From Chlorobiaceae bacterium (GTDB lineage: Bacteria > Bacteroidota > Ignavibacteria > UBA10030 > SZUA-254), in the NCBI GenBank assembly GCA_013824245.1, contig PNNN01000039.1, forward strand, positions 75,250 to 139,249: a stretch of 64,000 nt of DNA. The letters run 5' to 3'. A model generated the notes under the pieces. The model made no database searches and had not been told where the DNA came from. It worked only from the letters and a program-made list of their open reading frames with translations. Position numbers and translations under genes: made by a program. Of the stretch, positions 46,836 to 56,084 are shown in pieces; within the stretch, counting starts at the first letter, position 1, and every line of letters begins with the position of its first letter.

Positions 46836-47546
46836 TTAGATTTTTTTAAATAGGCAAACCGGCTCGATACCATTAATAAATTTAGACATTCTAACACCCT
46901 GCGTAACAGACTTAACAAGTGTATGTTTATCTACAACCCTGACGCCGGCAATTATGTCGGCTCCATATTCGAATAAAACGGGTGATAGAGGAGTTGTGGG
47001 TCCTAAAACGATATTAATTCCATTTTGCCCAAGCTCCAGCAGACGCTGTAGAGAGTGATTGATTAACGATGTGCCGGAAATGACGTTGATATCTGATTGT
47101 GGAAGTAATTCTTCACATGCAAAACTTGGTAATTCATCTCCCTCCGGATTAATCTCAAGCAGATATGATTTTTTGGCAATGGCAGAGATATCGGCATAGA
47201 ACGGAAACCTGCCGATAAAAGTAACGGTTTTTCCACGGCTTTTATCCTTGATGAAATCTTTGATATTTCCTATTTCACCACGAGGTTCGATTAGAGAATT
47301 AATCGCAGCTACCCCGAGAGAAGCTTCAATCGGTATCCATGATAAGATACGGTTAGTGAGATTTGAAATTGTGCACGAGGATAAATCTCCCGCATTCTCG
47401 ATGTTAATTGTTGTTTTTGAATTATACGTGTGGCTAATCCCGATAAAACTCGATTCGACGGCTGTCCATGTGAGACCAATCCAGACCCCCTTAACCTGAG
47501 GTTCTATACCATTTACACTTTTTATTAATGCTTCTTCAAGTTTCAT
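46836..47546 (-). CDS. DUF364/DUF4213 family (Rossmann-like putative metal/pterin-binding) protein
   Basis: VWIGLTWTAV; EASLGVAAINS; TFIGRFPF; ISGTSLINHSL; LGPTTPLSPVLF.YG. Confidence 0.85.
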   Translation of the reverse strand: MKLEEALIKSVNGIEPQVKGVWIGLTWTAVESSFIGISHTYNSKTTINIENAGDLSSCTISNLTNRILSWIPIEASLGVAAINSLIEPRGEIGNIKDFIKDKSRGKTVTFIGRFPFYADISAIAKKSYLLEINPEGDELPSFACEELLPQSDINVISGTSLINHSLQRLLELGQNGINIVLGPTTPLSPVLFEYGADIIAGVRVVDKHTLVKSVTQGVRMSKFINGIEPVCLFKKI

Positions 47547-47681
47547 CGTACTTTTAAAAATAATTTTGATTTGATTCTTTTATCAAAGATAATATTTTAT
47601 AAATGAACAAACAAAGAATAAACATCTGTTCTAATAGAGCATGATTTTGTAACTACAACCTATTTGCTTTATATTCATAAT

Positions 47682-48281
47682 ATGGAAATTGAAAATAAAA
47701 ACAGATCTATTACTGGTGTTATTTTAGCAGGGGGTAAAAGTCATCGGATGGGTCAGGATAAGGCGTTGCTTGAATATCGCGGCAAACCGTTCATTCAACA
47801 TATTGCTGAAATACTAAAAGGAATTTTCGATAAAGTAATTATCATTTCAGATGATGGTGAAAAATATAATTTTATAAACCTTCCGATCTATAGCGATATT
47901 TATAAAAATTGTGGACCACTTGCCGGTATTCATGCTGCGCTAAAACAAAATCAATATGATATATTTGTAACTTCGTGTGATACACCAGTCATAGAAAAAA
48001 AAGTTATCCAAACATTACTTAAGATCTCAACCGAAGGAGAAATATTCACATTTTCGATAAACAAAAGAATAGAACCTTTTCCGGGAATATATAAGTTTGA
48101 TTGTCTTAATCGGTTAGAATCTGAAATTGACAGTGGAAATCTTTCGGTTCAAAAATTCATCAAAAAATGTAAATCAAAAGTTTTCCCCTTCGAAAAATAT
48201 TTCCCGATAAGCAAAGAAGCAGTTCTCAAGAATATTAACACTCCAAATCAATATAAATCACTCCTAAAATCGGATATATAG
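47682..48281 (+). CDS. mobA: Molybdenum cofactor guanylyltransferase
   Basis: GVILAGGKSHRMGQDKALL; GPLAGI; TSCDTP; NINTP. Confidence 0.88.
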   Translation: MEIENKNRSITGVILAGGKSHRMGQDKALLEYRGKPFIQHIAEILKGIFDKVIIISDDGEKYNFINLPIYSDIYKNCGPLAGIHAALKQNQYDIFVTSCDTPVIEKKVIQTLLKISTEGEIFTFSINKRIEPFPGIYKFDCLNRLESEIDSGNLSVQKFIKKCKSKVFPFEKYFPISKEAVLKNINTPNQYKSLLKSDI

Positions 48282-48353
48282 TTTTTTCTGCTTTTCAGAT
48301 AATCACATCTTATTAAATCATCTATTTATTCAAAAATAGCTCAAAATCAACGA

Positions 48354-48369
48354 TGCGTGATTTAACGCA
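48354..48369. promoter_or_regulatory. Palindromic site upstream of the sensor kinase
   Basis: TGCGTGATTTAACGCA; same 16-bp pattern as TGAGTTATTTAACTCA at 51332. Confidence 0.45.
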
Positions 48370-48402
48370 ACAAAATTAATAAAATTTTCTTATCTTTATT
48401 AA

Positions 48403-49929
48403 GTGCATATCAATAATATCAAAATAATTAAGCTCCTTGATAAGCTATTCCCCTCTTTAACGGCAAAAATCGCTGTTGCGATGCTGTTTGTATTTCTTTT
48501 AGCGGGCGGGGGATTCGTATATTTTGCCCATTATACCGGTTTTAAAATGCTCGAGAGAAGTTCACAATCTCAAGCCCATGGTGTAGCCGAGTTCAGCAAA
48601 GCTATACTTGAGCATATTATGTTGAATGGGGAAAATCGGCAACTACAATCAGCATTGAACAGAATTGTTTCTTCGCGGCATGCAACCGATATTCTTATTC
48701 TTCGGGAGGATGGTGAAATAGCGATGCGTGTCAGTTCGGGGGTTACATCGGAAAAATTACCACTCGAAAAATTTCGAGAACTTCCCGAATACCCGGGCGA
48801 GAAATTCTTATTCATCAACGAGAATGGATCGACATATCAATACATCATAACACCCATAAAGAAGAGGACAGATTGTTATCAATGCCATTCTGAGCCATTG
48901 GCGACCCAAGGTTTTCTTGGTGTAAAGATTTCTATGGATGATATCCGAGGTGTTGCACTACAGCATCGAACAACTAATATCATTATGACGATCATTACAT
49001 TCGTGGGACTTGGTGCGATGCTTTTTATAGCTCTTCTAATTGTAGTTTTACGGCCTATAAAAAAATTACGTTACCAGATCGGTGAAGTCGATCAACAAAT
49101 CGATAGATATGAAAAAGGAGAACGCGTACAGTTCGATAAATTGTTTATTTCAGACAGGGAAGATGAGGTAACAAGCGTAATGCGTGCATTCAACCGATTG
49201 ATACATCGGTTGAACGATGCAAACGAAAAAATTCGCGACCTTCACCAAATACAAATGGAACATGCAGATCGATTAGCGACAACCGGAGAAATGGCGGCGG
49301 GTATTGCGCATGAAATAAAAAATCCGATTACCGGCGTACTCGGAGCCCTTCATGTTTTCGATGGTGAAATGGAAGAAAGTGACGAACGGAAAGAAATTAT
49401 TGCTGAAATGATAGCTCAACTTGAACGGGTTAATTATGCGATTAACGATCTGTTGAGTTATGCGAGACCGGTTAATCCTGAATTTACCGAAACAGATATA
49501 GCTGAAATCGTGAGAAGAACAATTGGACTGTTGTCTCCTCAGAGCAAACAGCTAAACGCTGATATTCGAACGAATCTGACAGAAAATAAAATTTTAATAA
49601 ATGCCGATAAAAAACAAATCCAACAAATATTATGGAACATAACATTAAATGCACTCCAGGCGTTGGATGGTAAGGGAGTTGTCAATGTTCTTGTTGAGGA
49701 AGATGATGTAAGAGTTAAAATTCAAGTTAAAGATACCGGCAGAGGAATTCCAGACGAACATTTAAACTGCATTTTTCAACCATTCTTTACAACCAAGCAT
49801 AAAGGTACAGGTCTTGGTATGACGATCACGAAAAGAATAATTGAACAACATGGTGGAACAATTTCAATAGAAAGCCGTGTGAATGCGGGTACCACAGTAA
49901 TTATAATACTTCCAAAGAAACAAAACTAA
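48403..49929 (+). CDS. Sensor histidine kinase with periplasmic c-type heme (CYQCH), HAMP, HisKA and HATPase
   Basis: Two TM segments flanking a domain with CYQCH; AHEIKNP H-box; NALQA; DTGRGI; PFFTTK; GTGLG. Confidence 0.9.
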   Translation: MHINNIKIIKLLDKLFPSLTAKIAVAMLFVFLLAGGGFVYFAHYTGFKMLERSSQSQAHGVAEFSKAILEHIMLNGENRQLQSALNRIVSSRHATDILILREDGEIAMRVSSGVTSEKLPLEKFRELPEYPGEKFLFINENGSTYQYIITPIKKRTDCYQCHSEPLATQGFLGVKISMDDIRGVALQHRTTNIIMTIITFVGLGAMLFIALLIVVLRPIKKLRYQIGEVDQQIDRYEKGERVQFDKLFISDREDEVTSVMRAFNRLIHRLNDANEKIRDLHQIQMEHADRLATTGEMAAGIAHEIKNPITGVLGALHVFDGEMEESDERKEIIAEMIAQLERVNYAINDLLSYARPVNPEFTETDIAEIVRRTIGLLSPQSKQLNADIRTNLTENKILINADKKQIQQILWNITLNALQALDGKGVVNVLVEEDDVRVKIQVKDTGRGIPDEHLNCIFQPFFTTKHKGTGLGMTITKRIIEQHGGTISIESRVNAGTTVIIILPKKQN

Positions 49930-49939
49930 TAACGATAAA

Positions 49940-51307
49940 ATGTATTGTAAAAAAATATTGATTGTTGACGACGAACGTTTAATTCGATGGTCAGTGAAAC
50001 AAGAATTAATTAAGAGCGGATTCGAAGTTGTCGAAGCAGATTCGGTTAAATCTGCTCGTCAGGCAATTGTTGATGATGATCCCGACATAATGATTTTAGA
50101 TCAGATGTTACCCGATGGCACAGGAATAGATCTATTAACCGAGATACAGAACACCAATAGGATAATGCCGGTGATCATGTTGACGGCAGTTGATAAGTCG
50201 CATACAGCCGTTAAAGCTTTGAAACTTGGGGCTTTTGATTATGTAACAAAACCGGTAAATATTGAAGAGTTAATAATTATTATCGAGAGGTGTTGCGAAG
50301 CTACACGTTTGAAACGTCAGGTTGCTCAATTGATGAAAGATCAAGAAAAAACGGGTGGATTTTCCGGTTTACTCGGATCCTCTGCGCCAATGAAGAATGT
50401 TGGGGAACATATTAATAAAATTTCTCAGAGTAACTGCACAACCGTTCTGATTACCGGTGAGAGCGGAACAGGAAAAGAACTTGCAGCAAAAGCGATTCAT
50501 TTCCTCAGCGACAGGCGCGATAAACTTTTTTTACCTGTAAATTTTTCAGCTCTCACCGAGACCATTGTTGAAAGCGAGCTATTCGGACACGAAAGAGGCG
50601 CCTTCACAGATGCGAGGCAGCAGAAAAAAGGGATATTTGAACTGGCTGACAGCGGAACGATCTTACTTGATGAGATAGGTAATATATCTCCAAAAGTTCA
50701 AGTTAGATTGCTAAGAGTGTTGGAGCAAAAGATATTTCAGAGAGTTGGCGGGACTCAGGATATAAGCGTTGATGTCCGTATAATCGCCGCAACAAATCAG
50801 CCGCTTGAGCAGCTTGTGAAGGAAGGTAAATTTCGCTCCGATTTATATTACCGGTTAAATGTAGCGACTATTCAAATGCCACCTCTGCGTGACCGCGGTG
50901 ATGATATAATAACGCTTGCTGAATTTTTCATTCATGAATTCAACATTGCTTTTCATAAAAACTTTAAAGGCATTACCGAGGAAACAAAACAAATATTTTT
51001 AAGATATGATTGGCCCGGCAATGTACGTGAGTTAAGAAATGTTGTTGAACGTGCTGTGTTGATGGATGACGGCGAATATATATTCTCTCATTCCGTTGAA
51101 TTAGGACACATCCATAAATTGGGACACGAAAAACCAGAACTTGCGTTCGAGCTTGGTTCCTTGGGGCAATCATTAGACGATATAGAAAAACAGGTTTTAA
51201 CAAAAGCGCTGGAAAAAACAAACAAGAACCAATCTCAAGCTGCAAAGATTCTCAAGATCAGCCGAGACACTCTACGATACAGAATGAAGAAGCATGACCT
51301 GCTCTGA
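49940..51307 (+). CDS. NtrC-family sigma54-dependent response regulator
   Basis: Receiver (VDDE, LDQMLPDG); GESGTGKEL; ESELFGHERGAFTDA; WPGNVRELRN; Fis-type HTH. Confidence 0.95.
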   Translation: MYCKKILIVDDERLIRWSVKQELIKSGFEVVEADSVKSARQAIVDDDPDIMILDQMLPDGTGIDLLTEIQNTNRIMPVIMLTAVDKSHTAVKALKLGAFDYVTKPVNIEELIIIIERCCEATRLKRQVAQLMKDQEKTGGFSGLLGSSAPMKNVGEHINKISQSNCTTVLITGESGTGKELAAKAIHFLSDRRDKLFLPVNFSALTETIVESELFGHERGAFTDARQQKKGIFELADSGTILLDEIGNISPKVQVRLLRVLEQKIFQRVGGTQDISVDVRIIAATNQPLEQLVKEGKFRSDLYYRLNVATIQMPPLRDRGDDIITLAEFFIHEFNIAFHKNFKGITEETKQIFLRYDWPGNVRELRNVVERAVLMDDGEYIFSHSVELGHIHKLGHEKPELAFELGSLGQSLDDIEKQVLTKALEKTNKNQSQAAKILKISRDTLRYRMKKHDLL

Positions 51308-51313
51308 AATAGA

Positions 51314-51347
51314 TGAGGCGAATCACTCGGTTGAGTTATTTAACTCA
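51314..51347. promoter_or_regulatory. Tandem palindromes, candidate enhancer (UAS) for the bEBP
   Basis: TGAGGCGAATCACTCG (51314-29) and TGAGTTATTTAACTCA (51332-47), about 90 bp upstream of a -24/-12-like site. Confidence 0.45.
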
Positions 51348-51419
51348 CGTTATTTTAAAATTCAAATTTGAAATTTATTTTATTATTGTTTTCTGTTCTA
51401 TTTTGTGATATAAGATTGA

Positions 51420-51434
51420 TGGCATGAACTTTGT
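51420..51434 (+). promoter_or_regulatory. Candidate sigma54 promoter for the single-domain receiver
   Basis: TGGCAT-N5-TTGT; -12 is imperfect. Confidence 0.4.
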
Positions 51435-51452
51435 CATATATCGAAGCCAGCC

Positions 51453-51860
51453 ATGAATCTCAAAGAAGTAATGACCAAAAAACAAAGTTCACTGATACAG
51501 GTTTTAATCGTCGAAGATGAAGCTCTTATCGGATGGTCTTTGTCTCGTATCTTACAGAAAGCTGGATTTGCAGTTACTGTTGTTAATACTGGAGAGAAAG
51601 CAATAGAAAAATTTTGTGCCTCACATTTTGATATTGTACTTACTGATTACAAACTGCCTAAAATTGACGGTTATGTAGTTGCATCGAAAATTAAAGCAAA
51701 TTCCCCTCTAGTTCCGGTAATCCTCATGAGTGCTTACGATAATTATCCGGCTGGTAATAACATTCTACGATCTTCAATCGATCAATTCATAGAAAAACCT
51801 TTTACTTTATCTGAAATTACAAATGTACTACGTGCGTTCACTGTGAACCTTAAAAAGTGA
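51453..51860 (+). CDS. Single-domain (CheY-like) response regulator
   Basis: LIVEDE; LTDYKLP..DG; LMSAY; EKPF. Confidence 0.9.
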   Translation: MNLKEVMTKKQSSLIQVLIVEDEALIGWSLSRILQKAGFAVTVVNTGEKAIEKFCASHFDIVLTDYKLPKIDGYVVASKIKANSPLVPVILMSAYDNYPAGNNILRSSIDQFIEKPFTLSEITNVLRAFTVNLKK

Positions 51861-52025
51861 ACTGGATGATTGTTAACCTTTAAATCCGATAACTTAATAT
51901 ATAATCACGATTTACCCGTTCTCAACCTTGAAGAGGTATTACAATAATGATTGGGTGTTATGCCACAGCAGATAATAGGTTGATAAAAAAATAGTCGAAA
52001 TGCTCTAATAAATCGACAAAAAATT

Positions 52026-52041
52026 TGGCATTAAACATGCA
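52026..52041 (+). promoter_or_regulatory. sigma54 promoter for the multiheme cytochrome operon
   Basis: TGGCAT-TAAAC-ATGCA with GG and GC at canonical spacing, about 35 bp before ATG 52075. Confidence 0.65.
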
Positions 52042-52074
52042 CAAATAATTAAGGCGCTCTATATAATTATACAA

Positions 52075-53298
52075 ATGATATCTAAATATCTCACAATATC
52101 AATTTTATGCGTTCTCGGTGTTGTCTGTTTTTTAGGCGATACACCGCGATCTTCTTTGACGATTTTGGCTCCAGTTTATCCCGATTCGCTTGCTTATGAT
52201 CAGGGTCAACTATTTTTAATCACTTGTTCCAAAGAACAAACAACCGGTTTAATGATATCCACTCAATGGGCTGTTGAGAAGTTGATCGATATAGGCAGTA
52301 AGGCAAACAAAGATAATTTTGCCAAAGAAGTTTTTAAATTATTTCCAGCTAAGTCAACTCTTGAATTAGTCTCTACTTCTTTTCTGTTTTACAATGGATT
52401 CTCAAAAGCGGATTCCATTAGTTTCCCTTACATCGATACTATAACTGTTCGGTTTTTCTGGCAATTACCTCAGTTTGCCGAAATCATTCGTCAGGTACAA
52501 AATATCAATGCATCCCATGTTTTGCTTCAGATGCGAGGTTGGAAAGATACCGTTTATACTTCAACTCATCCCGATCCTATTAATCCCGATCAGGTATTAT
52601 ATCGCGCGTCAGTACAATTGTTGCCCGGTGCAAACAGGATATATTTTGCGAGCAATGGGATGAAAAATGAGGCAGAAGAATTTTTTGTTAACTTCGTGAC
52701 CAAAGCACGTAAGAGCGAATCTTACGATGTACAATTCCATGGTTCTCCCCTTGCTGTATCTTGTGCAAAATGTCATAAGGAATTGCCGAGCGAAACAAAT
52801 GCTGATGGTGAACGCGATAAATGCGGATTGTGTCATAACGAAATTGCAGGCGGTTTAATGAAACATGGTCCCGCGGCAGAACCGAAAGAATGTTCCACAT
52901 GTCATGAACGTTCTACAGAAAAAAATATTGAAATTGTTCCAAAAGGTGTTCCGGGTGTTTGTTTCGATTGCCATACCGAGAAGAAAGATGAAGTTGAGAC
53001 TTCGGCAGTAAAACACAAAGTTGCACACGATTGTGTAATTTGCCACTCACCGCACGCAACCGATCAGCCGAAATTTTTGAAGAATGATGTCTATCGTTTG
53101 TGCACCGGATGTCACCCGAACCATCTTATCAGTCATCCCGTCGATAAACACCCCATGCGATTTTCAAAATTAAATAAAGACTCAAACGAAGAAATTTCAT
53201 GTGTAAGTTGCCACAAGCCGCATGGTTCCGAAAACCGATCTTTATTAAAAGCCAGCGGTGGTTCAATGGCAGTGTGTATGCAATGTCATCAAAAGTGA
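52075..53298 (+). CDS. Octaheme cytochrome c (paired-CXXCH type) with a non-heme N-terminal domain
   Basis: Signal peptide; CAKCH, CGLCH, CSTCH, CFDCH, CVICH, CTGCH, CVSCH, CMQCH. Confidence 0.9.
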   Translation: MISKYLTISILCVLGVVCFLGDTPRSSLTILAPVYPDSLAYDQGQLFLITCSKEQTTGLMISTQWAVEKLIDIGSKANKDNFAKEVFKLFPAKSTLELVSTSFLFYNGFSKADSISFPYIDTITVRFFWQLPQFAEIIRQVQNINASHVLLQMRGWKDTVYTSTHPDPINPDQVLYRASVQLLPGANRIYFASNGMKNEAEEFFVNFVTKARKSESYDVQFHGSPLAVSCAKCHKELPSETNADGERDKCGLCHNEIAGGLMKHGPAAEPKECSTCHERSTEKNIEIVPKGVPGVCFDCHTEKKDEVETSAVKHKVAHDCVICHSPHATDQPKFLKNDVYRLCTGCHPNHLISHPVDKHPMRFSKLNKDSNEEISCVSCHKPHGSENRSLLKASGGSMAVCMQCHQK

Positions 53299-54212
53299 AT
53301 TCATATCGAATATTCTGTTTCTTGTTTGCGATGGCATCAATTGCCACCGCGCAAACAACATTCACCGATTTAGGAATTTCGGGCGGATCAAGTATCGTTA
53401 TGGCTCCTACAATTTCTGTTGCCCCCACTTCGCAGTTACGCGTTCATATGGGTCGAGTTGATTTTCTTCGCGGTGGCATGAAGGGATATAATGTATTCGG
53501 TCTGCAGGGTGGATTTTCAACCAACCTCGAAACATTCATTTCGATGTACAGCGAGCAAACCGGCTCAATTAATTCAAATGTATCATATGGAATTGGCGGC
53601 AAGCTTCTTTTGCCGTTCCGTGTTCCAGCGATTGGGAATCTCGCACTTTGGGGCGAAACGATCTCATCTACATTTTCATCCGAGAATGGAATGTTGCCAC
53701 AGAATATCACGCGGTTTTACATTATTGGGGGTAGATCTATTGGAAACTTTAACCCAATAATAATCGCCGGAGCAATGAATATTGACCATAAGTATTTACC
53801 GATAGCCGCTGTTGGAGGAACATTTCCTCTGAGCAGTGAAATAAAAATAGGCGGCGAAGGCATTTACAATTATTTCGGGATGAGAGAAAAACAAGGTATG
53901 CTGACCGGGATGATGAGAATTTTATCTAACATCAGTGTTCAGGTTAGCGGTGGATACATTCATTCCCAGCCGATGTCATCATGGATTTTTTCTGCCGGAC
54001 TTTCACTGGCAACAGCCGACTTGAATTTGTCTCCAAAGCCACAGGCAGCGCCAAAGGTTATTGTTCCGTCTTTTGAAGAGATGGAAAAAATGTCGATGGA
54101 GGAAAAAGGTATTGGACAAACTGTTCCACCTGTGCCGCCTGAGCAGGAAGAGAAAAAGCCGGAAACCCCGGAAGATAAGAAAGATGAAAAACAAAATGAT
54201 CCGCATAAATAA
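53295..54212 (+). CDS. Putative outer-membrane beta-barrel (YjbH-like) with Pro/charged tail
   Basis: GTG overlapping the upstream stop gives the signal peptide MNSYRIFCFLFAMASIATA; GISGGSSIVMAPT; alternating amphipathic strands; PPVPPEQEEKK tail. Confidence 0.55.
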   Translation: MNSYRIFCFLFAMASIATAQTTFTDLGISGGSSIVMAPTISVAPTSQLRVHMGRVDFLRGGMKGYNVFGLQGGFSTNLETFISMYSEQTGSINSNVSYGIGGKLLLPFRVPAIGNLALWGETISSTFSSENGMLPQNITRFYIIGGRSIGNFNPIIIAGAMNIDHKYLPIAAVGGTFPLSSEIKIGGEGIYNYFGMREKQGMLTGMMRILSNISVQVSGGYIHSQPMSSWIFSAGLSLATADLNLSPKPQAAPKVIVPSFEEMEKMSMEEKGIGQTVPPVPPEQEEKKPETPEDKKDEKQNDPHK

Positions 54213-54230
54213 GATAAAGATAATTTGATT

Positions 54231-55247
54231 ATGAAAGATATATTGAAAAAAATATTGTTAGTTGTGATAATAATTGGCGCTAATTCATTTTATGGGTGTG
54301 GTTCAAAAAATATTCAGAAGGAAGATATTGCATGGCCCAGTCCGCCCGATGAACCTCGCATAAGATATATAAAGACATATGAAAGCGAAGATGATTTTCT
54401 TTCAAAGTTTGGAATTTTTGCACAGAGCTTAACCGGAAAAGGCGGAACTATCTCGCTTAGTCGTCCTTTCGATGTTTGTAGTGACGGTAAAGGACGAATT
54501 TTTGTAACCGATGTTGCGCAAGGAATTATTGTTTTCGATGAAAACCAGAAGAAAGTATTAGCTCTCGGAGAAAATATTCCTGTTCCGCTCGGCAACCCGC
54601 TCGGAATTGCTTATGGAGATAATAAATTATTCGTCGGCATAGCGGAAATAGGGCAGGTTGTTGCTATGACTCCCGAAGGAAAATTCCTCAATCTTATCGG
54701 AAAATCTGGTTCTTTCCCTAATCCGGTTGATGTTGATTATGATAAATTAAACAAACGAGTGGTGGTTGTCGATAATAAAAACCATCAGGTATATATTTAT
54801 TCTGAAGGTGGAGATTCACTGCTGACGATAGGTAAGCGCGGCGATGCTGATGCTGAATTCAATTATCCTCAAAGCGTGGCAGTTGATACTGCCGGGAATA
54901 TTTATGTGGTAGATGCGTTCAACTTCCGCATACAGGAATTCGACTCGCATGGTAAGTTTATACGAAAATACGGACAGCAGGGAAATGTCTTCGGTACATT
55001 TGCACGCCCGAAGGGTATTGCTCTTGATATGTATCAGAATATTTATGTTGTCGATGCGATGCATCAAAATTTTCAAATATTCAATCAAAATTTCGAACTG
55101 CTTCTTTTTGTAGGCAAATTCTCGAATAAAGATAATTGGGGGTTTCAAAATCCAATTGGAATCTCCGTTGATCAAAACAATACAATTTATGTTGCAGACC
55201 AGTTGAACCAGAGGATACAGGTGTTTCAACTGTTAAAACCAGATTAA
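54231..55247 (+). CDS. NHL-repeat six-bladed beta-propeller lipoprotein (copy 1)
   Basis: FYGC lipobox; WPSPPDEPRI; FNYPQSVAVD, FARPKGIALD, FQNPIGISVD, NQRIQVF repeats. Confidence 0.9.
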   Translation: MKDILKKILLVVIIIGANSFYGCGSKNIQKEDIAWPSPPDEPRIRYIKTYESEDDFLSKFGIFAQSLTGKGGTISLSRPFDVCSDGKGRIFVTDVAQGIIVFDENQKKVLALGENIPVPLGNPLGIAYGDNKLFVGIAEIGQVVAMTPEGKFLNLIGKSGSFPNPVDVDYDKLNKRVVVVDNKNHQVYIYSEGGDSLLTIGKRGDADAEFNYPQSVAVDTAGNIYVVDAFNFRIQEFDSHGKFIRKYGQQGNVFGTFARPKGIALDMYQNIYVVDAMHQNFQIFNQNFELLLFVGKFSNKDNWGFQNPIGISVDQNNTIYVADQLNQRIQVFQLLKPD

Positions 55248-55353
55248 TTCTAAAAAATAAAAAATCCACTTCCTCAATGCCTCATGAGGGAAAGGATTAT
55301 GTTCAATCACGAGGCAGTAAAAAACAAAATCATTAATCTAAGGAGTAATTAGT

Positions 55354-56013
55354 ATGAAACAACTTTTAGTTGTAGCAGTGATGATACTTGTTGCCGCATC
55401 TTTCGTTATGGGACAAACGTTAGGAATGGCAACCAGCAAGCACAACTTTGCATTATCTTCAACGAACACCATCAAAGGCGCTTCGGAGAAGGTTTGCGGA
55501 TATTGCCATACACCACACGTTCCGGCAACCGGAATTAAAGCACCGCTATGGTCACGTGCGAAATTAGTATCGACCGGTTACGGTGTATATTCAAGTCCAA
55601 CAATGGATGCTACGCTAACCGCACTTGATGCAGGTCAGGATAATGTTAGCTCTATGTGTATGAGCTGCCACGATGGCAGCGCATTATTTGCTTCAGCGGC
55701 TTATGTGAAACGTCCACACGCTGGATCAGTCGTGTGGGATCCATACATAGCGACAACAGTTGGTGATGCAGCAAACCTGCATGCCGGAACAAAGTATGGT
55801 ACAGGTTTATCACACACACATCCGGTGAATTTCGCCTATAATGCAGCATTAGTAACTGCCGACGGTGGATTACAAGGGACGCCGTTGAACAATTTACCGC
55901 TATACAACGATATGATGCAATGCGGAAGCTGCCATAATCCGCATCTCACGAGCAAAATGACTCGTGTTACAAGCGATGGCGGTTTACTCTGTATTTCATG
56001 TCATGTTAAGTAA
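55354..56013 (+). CDS. OmcE-like tetraheme cytochrome c (copy 1)
   Basis: SKHN..CGYCHTPH..PLWSR..YSSPTM..CMSCHDG..HPVNF..CGSCHNPH..LCISCHVK; strong RBS AAGGAG. Confidence 0.8.
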   Translation: MKQLLVVAVMILVAASFVMGQTLGMATSKHNFALSSTNTIKGASEKVCGYCHTPHVPATGIKAPLWSRAKLVSTGYGVYSSPTMDATLTALDAGQDNVSSMCMSCHDGSALFASAAYVKRPHAGSVVWDPYIATTVGDAANLHAGTKYGTGLSHTHPVNFAYNAALVTADGGLQGTPLNNLPLYNDMMQCGSCHNPHLTSKMTRVTSDGGLLCISCHVK

Positions 56014-56031
56014 GTAACGATTAATATTGTG

Positions 56032-56059
56032 CGACTCATCCCGATAACGGGATGGGTCG
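56032..56059 (+). terminator. Strong hairpin after the cytochrome gene (stabiliser or partial terminator)
   Basis: cgactcatcccg-ataa-cgggatgggtcg; no U-tract. Confidence 0.45.
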
Positions 56060-56084
56060 TACAAATAAATTGGCAAGGGGAAAA

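Noticed and set aside
55262-55320. c-di-GMP or other riboswitch before the first OmcE-like gene
   Set aside because: A possible TGCCTC/GAGGCA stem exists, but no recognisable aptamer consensus.
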